Origin: Eledone cirrhosa
Lineage: Eukaryota
Assembly (NCBI GenBank): GCA_964016885.1
Contig: OZ024742.1
Span: 37,882,001-37,946,000 of the forward strand
Direction: 5' to 3'
DNA length: 64,000 nt
The notes below the pieces were generated by a model. That model made no database searches. It saw nothing but the letters and a program-made list of their open reading frames with translations, and was not told the DNA's origin. Below are positions 27,844-40,645 of this stretch, one piece after another. The first letter of the stretch is position 1; each line of letters begins with the position of its first letter. The position numbers were made by a program, and so were the translations under genes.

Positions 27844-29430
27844 AAGTAATATTACTAAATTGCTCTAAATTCTTGATTTCAAAATGATTAGAAAACCATA
27901 GGCAGTGTTTTCCATTAGAAATATGATAATGAAAGGATTAAGTATTGCAGAGCTGGTAGGCTTCTTGGTAGATTGTAGTGTCTATCTCAAACTATGGCAT
28001 AACTTGAAAGAAATGTCTCTGCCAGAATGACTTGTCCTAGATGTACTAAATAAATTAAAAGAAAAGCTTTCAGTTATGTCCTGACAAGCCAATAGTTGCT
28101 GAAATCTAAAGTGAAAATTTGTGCTAGTACCAAAATAGATAACAGGCATTTAATAAAAAAAATAAATTGCTTTATTTGAATTCATTATTCCAAAAAAAGT
28201 TGAGAGAACTTTTCAGTTGTGTCAAGGACATGGCAACCTCCCTAGTTGTGGTGTCAAGATAAAATCCCTCCCACCCCCACTGTAGACTGTAAAGTGGTTG
28301 ACATTAAGGCAGGTTGTAAAAACCATACCAAAACTGGAATGAATGTGAATGAATCATGGCTCCCAGCTAGTTTAGGAGAATAGTGGTTACAATTATATAC
28401 CGACTTGGTCTGTAACAACCTATCCAAACTATTTCGCAAAAGCTTCCTTAATTCTTGATTATTTTGAAAATTTAAACACAAACACAGAAAGTATTCTTGG
28501 TGATCAACTTGAGGAATATATCATATGTACCTCTGTATAACCTACACCTGCCTTTTACATTAAAAAATGTACAATATATTATGAAATTAGGTTTCATAAG
28601 TCCAAGAGATAAAAGTCACATGCTGCTTTTTTTATGGGAAAAATACAACTTATACACAAGTGTTTACAGTGCATCCGAATAGTCTGTTAGATAAAATCTC
28701 TATACATAGGCAAACTTTGAAAATGACAGTAGATTTAGTAATATGATCAGTTTGAACATTAATAAGGAAAATAAAAAGTAGGGTTTTTATTTGCATATTT
28801 TCTGAAATAGTTTTTCAACATTTTCACAAAGCAATGCTTTCATAAAACACAATACCACAATGCTAGCAGAAGTGTAAAAACAATTACTAGAATAACAAGA
28901 ACATTTTTCTATAAATTAAACTTATATTCTCACTTATCAAGCATTGTTCATATTGCTTTATGTCCTTATTATGAATAATGTAACCATTAACCTAAAAATA
29001 TATTGTTTATATTGTATGCATGCATGTGAGTAGAGATATGAATTATTTCTAACTTCGTCTTTCTACAAACTTTTCCACTTATCAGCACTAATATTGTCCC
29101 TCTAATTAAACCCTTTTGATCTAAACTGCCTGAAACTTCTGGTTCTATAATACAAAATTGTTTTAAAATGCTTATATTTATCAAAAAACCTTACATCATA
29201 ATGTATGTGAGAACCTTTAAGTTAAGTTCCAAACACTAGTTTAACTCTCAACACCCTGTAATAAATATAGTAGAAACTGAGGTTTGTTAATTCAAATGTT
29301 TACAGTATCTTTATTAAAGAACAGATCATTGTAAAAATGTTTAGTATTAGATTAAAAACTTTAATTTTTATTACTAAATGCTATATTATTAAATCCCTCC
29401 AAATTCTTGATTATTTTCAAAATAATATAA

Positions 29431-29603
29431 ATACTGTAAATGAGGTTGGTGTTAGGAAGGGCATCCAGCTGTAGAAATCAAGCCAAAATCAGTTCCTGTA
29501 TGAGCAAGGTGTGGTCAGCAGACCAGACACTGCCCACAACAGGACAACCCATCTAACCCATGCTAGTATGGAAGAACGGACGTAAAACGGTGATGATGAT
29601 GAT
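29431..29603 (+). mobile_element. RTE/SINE 3' end inside a MITE
   Basis: Matches 19185-19347; ends (GAT)n followed by (CAT)n. Confidence 0.85.
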
Positions 29604-31081
29604 CATCATCATCATCATAGGTAATCTCTTTCATCAGAAATATGGTAATGAAAAGGTTAAATCCTTTCTATCTAGAATCTCTTTTCTTATATATTTTCAC
29701 TAGTTCTTTCATAATTTTACTTTTTTCATGACAGCAGCCATGCTGAAGCATCCACCACCTTAAAGGAATTTTAGTTGATCATATTGACCCAGTACTTATA
29801 TTTTTTAATAGTACACAAAATATTAACAAGTTTCAACGTAAAAATTCCATTTAATGAGGTCATAAGTACTCTTTCTTTTGTCCCTAGAAATATCTGTGCA
29901 CACATACATGCATGTATATAGCTATTGATATAATGCTATTAAACATCTTGATCAATAATCAAATAGCATGACTGGGATTTATTTCATTCTTTAACTGGTT
30001 TCTGTCATTAGAATTGATCATATTGACTTCAGTACTCATTTTCCAGTTGTTGTTGTTTTGTTGTTCCACCCCACCCCAAGTCTGGTACTTGTTTTTCCTA
30101 ACCACTAAGTTACTGGCTATAAATACAGACACAAATGTAAACAATGACACACACACATCTGATGAGCTTCTGCATTCTCTGTCTACTAAATTTCATTCAC
30201 AAGGTATTGGTTAACCCAAGGCATTTATTTGTTCAAGGTGTTGGTCACTGGGATTAAACGTGAAACCATGTGTTTGCAAAACAAACTCCTTAACCACACA
30301 GCCATGCAAGAGCATGTTGACAGCAAATAAACAATAAGTGTGAGTAATAGATTAATAACTAACAACCAACTGTTATGACTGAATATTTGTTAGTGAGATA
30401 TCATACGGAGATGGAGATGTAGCTTTATCATATTAGTAAGATATCATATGGAGATGATAGAAGGTTCAATGCTGAAATAGTTGTAGTAAAGAAAACTATT
30501 GGCAACTATTCATAAATTATTTGATAAACAACATTTTCTTCTTGAGCGAATTATCATGCAATATTGCTTCAAAGGTTGGCCTTCTAATGGAATCTGATGT
30601 ATATGAATAAGACAAGAAATAGATATGTGGTTAGATCTCTGGACAATTTTACAGCAATGCATCCAATAAACAATATCTCATAGCAATTCTCAGTATTCTA
30701 TTAAAAGTAGCCATAATTTATGTTGTACGTCCTTTTAGGAGAATCTTTTAATCAGTTCTATCTGATGAAGCAGAAACTTTTAGATTGTATTTTCATCATA
30801 AGCTCCTTTGGGGTTGGTGAAGAGTTTGTCTAGTTTGTCAGTAAGAGTCAACCCTGCTACTTTGTTTTGTTAGGATTCTATCAAATAGTTTTCAGTGTAA
30901 ACAACATATGTAATAAGAACCATTTCACATTAATATGTTGAGTTCTGAAGGTGTGTGGCTTAATTTTTACTCACAGCACACTCTAGAACAAGTAAAAAAT
31001 ATTTTGATTCACTTGGTACCTCCTCCTCCTTTACCCATTTTATTCCTTTGACAGTTATGGAGACAGAGTCTTTAGACATGC

Positions 31082-31280
31082 CTATAGGAGAATTTGATCA
31101 GAGGTAACCATCTCTAATCGATCTGGATGTATCCACAAGAGAGACCAACCAAGCTCATAGATATTATCCAACCATCTTGCTAGTGGTCTACCTCTGGGTC
31201 GCCTGCCAGTTGGCTTTGCCTGTAAAATTTGTCCAGTGATTCTTTCCTTAGACATTCTAACCACATGCCCTTAGTACAGA
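31082..31280 (-). pseudogene. RTE LINE C-terminal fragment, different family
   Basis: HVVRMSKERITGQILQAKPTGRRPRGRPLARWLDNI fits the RTE GHV.RM...GKR.RGRP..RW motif. Confidence 0.85.
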
Positions 31281-34200
31281 AAATGTATTCAAAAAAGGCA
31301 TTTATAGATATATGCATAACATAAAACAGAAATATAGATAATTAAAAATATCTAAAAAATATTTGTATTTCCTTTTAATCAATCAATGGAGCAAAGTTAT
31401 CAATGACAAACATGAATTTGGTGCCTTAGTTTAGTTGTTTCTCACAGCAATATGTAAACTTTATAGCTAATTTCAATACTTTGAAACAAAATCTGGCTCT
31501 TTCATGATGCATCTAATTATATCTTATGACAGTTTGGGAACCACTGGTTAGGGTGTTGAACTCATGATCACAAGGTTGTGGGTTTGATTCCTGGATTGGG
31601 TGGCATACTGTGTTCCTGAGCAAAATATTTCATTTCATGTTGCTTTTCGTGATAGGACTGGAGCCCCTATCATTAAAACAACCAAGAAACCTCTTAATAA
31701 AGTTTCTAACATGCAAGTTTTGGGTTTTTTTTTTATATATATAACTACTTTAAAATAAAGTTGTGTATTGTAGAACCAGGAGAAATTCCATGTGGTTTGG
31801 TATCAAATGGATTAAGAAAACCAAATTACTAACAATATTTAAAATGAATGAAATTTCAATTTTAGCTACAGTAATCTTATTTTACAATTAGAAAAAACAT
31901 TTTTTCCATCTCAGAAACTACTATATTTTCACATCCATTCATTTACAGTGTGGTTCCAGCAATCTAACATCATGTGAATGTGAGAAGGAAAGCTAATCAG
32001 GCAAAACACCAGTAGAGACGACACAAACAAATAACACGTTTTTATTCAGTAAAATTCCCACTTAATCCAGATTGTTTTTGCTTTTTATTGTTTCAACAAC
32101 AGAGAGTCAAGGTAAGATGCATTAGATTTTATTTTATCTCTCATAATGCTGCAGAAAAAATGCTAATGGCTAAAATGTCTCTCCTCTACAATTTAATTGC
32201 TTCAGGTTCAACACAGTCTCAGCTCATGTCACTTGTTAACCCTTTAGCGAATTCTCTCACCTTTTTCTGTTCAAACCGGTTGTAACTGGCTGCTCTTACT
32301 GATGTTAAGGTATTGTTCTTAAAATAAATAATATCAAAATCTCATAGATTCGATATTTAATTCTTAACCCTTCTTTCATTGCAATATTTTTTGTGAGAAA
32401 AAATTATCCATAGATTTCAATTAATTTTTTATGTTTTAACATCCTATAATGATTTAGCAGAATATATCTAAAAGCAAAGTTAGCTAATTTAAATGTTTAT
32501 CACATCTTTACTGGTGGACAGACCATTGTGAACATTTTCAATATTAGAGTAAAGACTAATTTTTCATGTGATGCAGACATAGTGCTGTTTTGTACTTTTC
32601 AAGAATGTCTTGCTAATGCTGGTTTCATGTAGTGTATGATGTTAAGAGTTAAATAATATTTAGTAAAACAATTAATTTCTCCATTAAGTTTTGGATCATA
32701 ACAGAAGGAAGGTTCTTCTACAAAAATTTTAAGAGAGGGTTTAAATTTAAATGAAATACTTTAAGGTAAATAGTTTTGAATGAAGGTTGGTTTCAGGTTA
32801 TCAACAAGGTTAAAGCATGATTGACTTGTACATTATGGAGAATCTAAGACTTGTATTAATTGAACACATGAAGAACAAAACTAGAATCTGTAAAACATAC
32901 AGTCAGACTTTTTATCATAACAACAATAAAATAAATTAAAACCATAGCTTTTTTTTAATACCAAATTGACCCTGGTTCTATGATACAAAACTGTTTGTTT
33001 TAAAAAGTATTTATATTTATCTCAAAAAACCTTCCATCATAATTTTATGTAAGAACCTTTATGTTATGTTATGTTCCAAACACCAACTTAAATCCTTCTA
33101 AATTGTTGATTATTCTCAAAATTATTTGAAAATGATAGAGCCATGAGAAATATGGTAACAAAAGGGATAAACAATGATGACAAATCTATATAAACTAAAG
33201 AGAAAATAACTAGGTTAATAACTTTGGTATCATATAGTAAGACATGAGCAAAATCTTTTTTAAATACTTCACTAATATTATTTGTGAAAAGAGTAAAAAC
33301 CTAAATACACAATAACTTAAAGAACCATTAACAGCAGGGAAGCAGGGTTATAGTAGTAGCAGCAGATAACTAAACAGCAAGTCTGAATAAGGAAGTCAAA
33401 CTTGACGAGAAATGGCGACCAAATTTGAAAATTGTTTTCTTAGAATTGACTGTCACATAGAAACTAATAAAGCGGTGTAAAAAACATTCTTGTCTTTTAA
33501 TTAATTTTTTCATGAATAATATCTATGTTAAACAAGGAATCTAGACATACATTTAGACAAAGTTGGACAGAAAACAACAAAAATTTCCAAATAGATTGTT
33601 AACTGGAAACTAAAGTAAATTTTTTTAAATGTTTTTCTCAATCAAGCTAAGAGGCTCAACAGGCTAGAGCTTATAATAGTTTTGAGGAGCATTAAGTGGT
33701 TGGAAGCAACATGAAATGAAATGCCTTGCTCAGTGCAGGTTTTCTGCAGCAGGATACCCTTCCTATTTGTAATAACAATAAACAAATAAAAGCGAAAACT
33801 TCCAAATATGCTTAATCCTTTAATTACCATTTTTCTTATGTAAAATACTGCCTATAATTTTTAAATAACCAAAATTTAGAAGGATTATGTAATTTAACTG
33901 ACTTTTTCATTATTTATCTACTGTTTGAAATGTAACTTAACAAAGCTTATTACAATGGAAGGTTTTTAAATAAATAAAAACACTTTGAAATAAACAGATT
34001 AATGTCATAGAACCAAGGGTGGATTCAGGCAGTTTAGCATTAAAATGGTTAAAGGGGGGGGAGGGGGGGGGGGACAAAATGATCTCTTCATATTATATCC
34101 TCAATGGTATTGATTTCTTAAGTAGAAGTAGAGGATTTGTAGATTTATAGTCATTTAAATCTATTACAGTGTATGTATTATTACCATTATTTATGTTAGT

Positions 34201-35107
34201 GATTGCAGCAAAGGTAGCAAAGATAATGGAAACCTTCCATTTATTTTGCAGCAAAAGAATTTGACGTTCTTTTATTCTTTTACTGGTTTCAGCTATTAGA
34301 CTGCAGCCATGATAGACGCACACACACACATGTATTTCTCCTTGCTGCAGCAAACTGCTGGCCTTGTGCTTAAGTTAGAAACCATATTATTTGATTATGT
34401 AACACAGTGTAAAGTTACCATACCTAATCAATCTTGTGTCTATAAAAATCATAGCTATAACAGGAGCAAGTAATGAAAGTGTATTCCATTTAGCTCTGTA
34501 TTACAAGAAAAAATGAAAAGTTTAACTTAGATTTTGTATAAAAGAAAAGTTAGATATGTTAGAATTTCTGAAGCTTAGTATATGTTCTTCATGTCATTCC
34601 CAAGCTCCCAAACATTAATGGAATATTTATGAACTCCATGTCTTGAGGGCTGATTTCTAAAAGTATCATTAAAGTATAAGCATGATAATCTGAATAGGAT
34701 GTTCTACCTTAATTGAATTTTTTTAAGAATGATAAACTATTTATGAAAAGATTAATCTTAAAATATAGTGACAAATATGTTGCTAACATGCTACATACAC
34801 TGTTGACTAAAGTATCATGTAATTACTAATAAACACATATTATTGAAGTATATATATGTTTAACTCATAACATCCTGTACCACATGAAACTACACAAGAA
34901 AAATATTCTTGAAAAGTATAAAACAGCACTATTACTGCACCATGTTAAAAATTGAAGTTTTTTTATTTTAGTTTCCTGCAAATTTTTACAACGATCTAAT
35001 CCAGCAGTAAAAATACTGTGAACATGTTATACATATATATATCATCATCATCATCATTGTTTAATGTCTATCTTCCACGCCAGCATGGGTTTAGACGGGA
35101 ATATATA

Positions 35108-35445
35108 TGAATAGGAAAACCTGGGACGAGGTGATAAAAGCTGACCTTGCACAATTGCACCTCTCAAAGACAATGACACCACCCTTACAGTGTAAAGTTA
35201 TGTTGGTATCACAAAAACATCCATGGCAAACTGTAAAGTGGTCATGTTGGTATCACGACTAAAAGCACCCAGTACACACTATAAATGTGGTTGGCATTAG
35301 GAAGGGCATCCAACAGTAGAAATCTACCCAGAAAGAGTCCTATATGAGCAAGATACGGTCACCCGACCCAACTTGCCTCTAATGGGACAAACGCATCTAA
35401 CCCATGCTAGCGTGGAAAATAGACGTTAAACAATGATGATGATGA
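35108..35445 (+). mobile_element. RTE 3' end, back-to-back with a ~55 bp minus-strand tail (35041-35098)
   Basis: RKTWDEVIKADL coding remnant, 3'UTR, (GAT)n then (TA)n. Confidence 0.85.
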
Positions 35446-35690
35446 TATATATATATATATGCACACATACACACACACAAACACAAACAGGTGGCATATT
35501 GGCAGAATTTGCTAGAATATCGTAGAGAAATGTTTAGCAATATTTCTTCCAGCTCTCTGCACTTAAAGTCTGTTGCGGTCAACTTTGTCATCCTTTCACT
35601 CTCTCTTCACCAGATTTAAATGGCACTCATACAACTCCATTAGAGTTCAGTGCTTATGAAGAAATCCATTAGAGTTCAGTGCCTATGAAG

Positions 35691-35691
<1 letters not shown>

Positions 35692-35755
<64 letters not shown>

Positions 35756-35790
35756 CGTGTGTGCGTGTATATATATATATATATATATAG
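35692..35790. repeat. (GT)n/(GC)n/(TA)n microsatellite
   Basis: Seen directly; a similar tract is at 36040-36102. Confidence 0.97.
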
Positions 35791-36042
35791 TGGAATGACA
35801 TTTAAATATACATTTCAGGTTCTTGGCAGCAAAGTATTTGTTTAAAATCAATTGTAAATGTAAACAAGACAATAGAAGTTCTCACAGCAAAACTATATGT
35901 ATGCTTGCAATATGTAAACATATTCTATATTGGTTTATATGTGCCTTTATTTAACTGTAAGCTATTAACTCACATGGTGTATCATCAAGTTTTTTTCTGT
36001 GTTTATTGCTACTGAATGATTAATTCCAGATATTTAGAGGTG

Positions 36043-36097
<55 letters not shown>

Positions 36098-36399
36098 ACA
36101 CACCATCCCAGGAAGAAGTATTCATGGTTCTTTCAACATAGAAGTTGAAAGAGCCCCAATTAGGTTAAAATCACAACATTCAGTTGTCAGACCCACATGG
36201 TTTCTCTGGGGATTATTAAGTCAGAATTATTTTAGAGCAGTTAGATATATATATATATATATTGTTGTACATAAAATCATTTTCAAGCAGCTGTATTTTG
36301 GAATACTTTCAAAATGAACAGGAATATCACTAACACAATGTTTAACCCATTGATACCAACTTGCCCAAAACTGCCCCTGGTTTTATGCTTTTATGAAAC

Positions 36400-36812
36400 A
36401 TCTTCAACATCATTGTGACCACAGGCGAACATTCCTGACTAAGTCATTCCACAATTTTCCATTGCTCCTAGCAACTGTTCCCTATTGAGGTTTGTATCAT
36501 CCGAGAGTTGATCGATGAAGGTTCAAGCAGGTCTTCCTCTATTGCTTTTCCAGTGAGACAGTTGATCTATTCTGTCTGAAACCATTTTAATTTATTCTGA
36601 GTTTTGGGTTTAGATGTGGTTTTATTGTTTAGTAGTATTCCGTTGTAGATTTTAGCTGCAACTACTGACAAAGTAATTCCTCTGTAATTTGCTGTATATC
36701 CCAGATCACCCTTCTTGTGTAGAAACACTATATCTACTTTTCTCCAGATTTTTGCTACATCTCCTTCAAAGGTATTTTGGCAAATTTCAAACAGCTTATC
36801 ATTAAGAAACAA
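36400..36812 (-). pseudogene. Degraded RTE/RTEX RT fragment nested in MITE A
   Basis: IVFLHKKGDLGYTANYRGITLSVVAAKIYN (RT N-terminal motifs); MITE halves at 36342-36395 and 36812-36997. Confidence 0.8.
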
Positions 36813-37188
36813 AACCACCCTTTTAAAGAATTTCCATTTAAATTAATATCTTCCAACATAATTTTATATAAGAAGATTTTGTTAAGTTATTACAAATATG
36901 ATCTTAATGGAACCATTTTAGTAAATCCCTCAAAATTCTTCATTAATTAATTCAAATACAGTGTATTTAATTAGAAATATGGTAACAAAAGGGCTTAAGA
37001 CATAAATTTACACAAGTTATTTATTTATTAATCCTTTTAATGCCAACTGACCTGAAACTGCCCTTGGTTCTACAATACAAAAATATTTGTTTTAAAGTTC
37101 ATATTTATCTAAAAACTTTCCATCATAACTTTATGAGAACCATTTTTAAGTTAAGTGCTAAACACCAGTTTCATAATGAGAAACTCAA

Positions 37189-37392
37189 TTAACTCTTAAC
37201 ATCCTGTAATGATTTAACAGAAAAATATCTAAAAACAAGTTTGTTAATTCAAATGTTTATTAATTCCCTTTACTAGTGGACTGATTGTAATGAAAATTTG
37301 CAGGAATTAAACACTAGTCATAGTGCTGTTTTGTACTTTTCATGAATGTCGTGCTAATGCTGCTTCATGTGGCACAAAATATTAAGAGTTAA
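37189..37392. mobile_element. TTAA-flanked MITE family B nested in MITE A
   Basis: TTAA-CTCTTAACAT ... ATATTAAGAG-TTAA. Other copies at 32436-32652 and, partial, at 14220-14350 and 29240-29370. Confidence 0.8.
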
Positions 37393-40100
37393 ATTACTAA
37401 ATTACTCCAAATTCCTGATTGTTTTCAAAATTAATTGAAAGACCTAGGAACAGTGTTTAATAGGAATAGAGTAACGAAAATGTTAAAGTAACCTATTAAT
37501 ATCCGTTTCAAGAAAAGCTACATTTAAAATGCTAAGGAAGCAACGTTCATTTGCAGACAAATCGTCCTGAATGAAAAAAGAATAAACAGAAAACTATGAA
37601 ATGTGGCCACAAAGTTTTCTTATCTAAAAGAGATAGCAATGTATTGTGTTATTCAATATGGCTGACTAGAGCTTAGTTCAACAAAAATATAAACAATAAT
37701 TGACAGCACACAAGAGTCTGAACTAAACATTAAATTGATAACTGACAACAACCATCATCGTTTAACGTCTATCTTCCACGCTAGCATGGGTTAGATAAAA
37801 GGAAGTGTTTTTACTGCTGCCACAGTTGGACTTGGTTATAGATGCATTTTATTTACTATTCCCATTAAGAAACATTAAAGCAGCAACAATAGCAACAATG
37901 ATGATGTCTATTTCCCAAGATATCAGCAATAGGACTTTTTCTCCTATGCAAAACAATAACCCTTTCAAAACCAGTTATCAGGAAGTACTCATAATGGTTA
38001 TCATATGGGTATGGTTGAAAGGTCAACATTGTCAATATAAGTAAAAAGATTTTTGTTTGTGAATATATTAATTTTTTTGTTGTTGTTTTGTTTCTACCAA
38101 AGTCATAAAATAGCTGTTCTCAATGAATATATCATTCCAACTGTAGCCAATTTAAGCAAATGGATCCCAAGATAAAACTGTACAAGCCCCCCCCCCCCAT
38201 CACCACCAAAAAAAAAAAAGATACTACAGAATAACAGAATAAAACCCCACCCAATGCTATTATGCTGAATAATTGGTACCATCAAATATAATCAGGATTG
38301 TAACATTCTAACAACATAAATACAATACTCAGACCAGTTTACAGCTGTGAGAATACTAGTATAACCCACCATAATTAAAATAATTGTTTCTAACTTTGGT
38401 TCAACGCCACATCTTTGTAGGGGGAAATGGTACTGAACCAAACTGACCACAGTGCATAATGGTATTTATTTTATCATACTTGGAGATATGATAAACTTTA
38501 ACCTTTTTATACCAAACCACCTGAAGCCATCCCTAGTTCTACAAGGCAATCCAAATTTGAAATGCCTTTATGTCTTGCTGGCCAAGGTGAATAAAATATT
38601 AAACCATTATCATACATGTCTATGGGAATGGCTTGTTTTTTTTTTTATTACTTTAGCTTTTCATTACAAGTATTTAACATAGAATAAAATGTTTGTCAGT
38701 GGTGATATAAAGAATAACCAGGATCAGGTGTTTCTTAATACCATAACATCATTTAATAATGTTAGTAAAAATATTTCTTTTGCTCAGGTACAGTGGGCTC
38801 AGAAATTCAACACAGAATAATCCATATGAACAAATTAGACCAGTGAACATAACACAAGGATTGTATTCAGCAAAGATTCATAAAGAAAATAATTCTCTTT
38901 TTTTTTTTTTTTTCATATGCAATGTTAACATATTCAAGGAAGTTTGCAGGCCATAGTGTGAAAAGTTCTCCTAAGTTAACTCCTTCGATATCAAACTGCC
39001 TGAAATTGTCCCTGGTTCTATGATGTTTATATTTATCTATGTAAAAACATTTGTTAAGTTATATTCCAAACACCGACTTTATAAATGAGAAAGTTAGTTA
39101 TATTACTAAATCTCTCAACATTTTTTATTTTCAAAATAATATGCAATGTCTTTCATTAGAAATATGGTAACAAAAGAGTTAAGAAGTGTTGTAGAAACTC
39201 AAGGTTTCAGTAAAGAATTACCAAGATCAGTTATTTTAACAAGACATTGGAGGATAGTGAAGATAGTAGATAGGTAGCCAAGTAACCTTTCTGAAGGTGG
39301 TATAAAAGGGATCGTGTTTAGTTAGAAACTTAGTGATTTGTCGGATCATCATTTTTTCAAATTTTCTTATAATTCTCAGTGAGATTATATGTATGTTTAT
39401 TATACATAAACATATTATATATGAATCCATATACAGTTTTATGTAAGTATATAACATAAATCCCACAAGTTTATGGTCTGATACAGTTTCATAAGAGACT
39501 ATTTCAATTTCAAGGAAACTAAAATAACTACCTTAACAAGATATGTAGTTAATGCTGATGCATAATTCACACAAACCTTTACAATAATAATAATACAGCT
39601 GAGAAAAAATACCTCAATGGAGTGTCCTGCATATCAAATATAAAATATTCGGGAGTGTTCTGAATATTAAATACAAATTAACATATAATGAGTTTTTTAA
39701 TTCACTGTTACATAAAGTGAATTGAAAAAATTGACTAACTGAAATTATTGAAGCAATTATTCAACAAAATTCTTTCTAGGGGTGTTTAAAATATAATTTG
39801 AACAAGGCAAATAATTCTAATATCAGTTGATCGACATCTCAGGACAACACAAACAATGAAGATAGGAGAAAGCAATGGGTATGTTTCAGTCTTATTAGAC
39901 TTCTTCAAAGTATCATTCTACTCAGTTGACAATGCTCAGAATGATCAATATATATATAGAGAGAGAGAAATAGATGAAATGTAGCGAGACTGGTTATAAA
40001 TATCAGTAATATTGCTGAAAATATAACAATAAGCGATGTTTCGCTTTAGGTATATAAAACAACTGAAAATAAAGGCTTATTGATTAAAAAAAATAAAAGA

Positions 40101-40645
40101 TAGATGGTAGCCACGGAGTAGGCAGACCCAGGAAAACCTGGGACGAGCTGATAAATTCCGACCTCACACATTTACACCTCTCCAAGACAATGTCACTGGA
40201 CCGAGACCTTTGGCGGTACTCAGTAACAGAGAAGACCCGCCTTACCTAAATACAAAGTAAAACCTACTACAGTCAGTAGGCATCTCTAACAAAATACACC
40301 CCGTCCCACCACCACCACCCCCACCCCATCCACACCGCCCCCTTCTATGTAAAGTGATGTTGGTGCCACAACATCCAGGCCGAAACAAATGAGATCGTGT
40401 AGGTATCACGACAAAAAACACACAGTCCACGCTGTAATGTGGCTGTGTAGGCAACACGGTAAAAACCTCCCAGTCCCACACTGTAAATGTGGTTGGTGTT
40501 AGGAAGGGCATCGAGCTGTAGAAAACACGCCAGACAGTCCTATGCGAGCAAGACAACCACTCTTGCCTCAAGTGGGAAAATCCCCGTCCAAACCCATGCA
40601 AGCGTGGAACAGGGACGTTAAACGATGATGATGATGATGATGATG
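40101..40645 (+). mobile_element. RTE 3' end, close relative of the young family
   Basis: Aligns with 51546-52057 with scattered substitutions; (GAT)n tail. Confidence 0.93.

Noticed and set aside
30470-30900. Possible decayed DNA transposase on the minus strand
   Set aside because: Coding-like composition but many stops and no motif I can identify.
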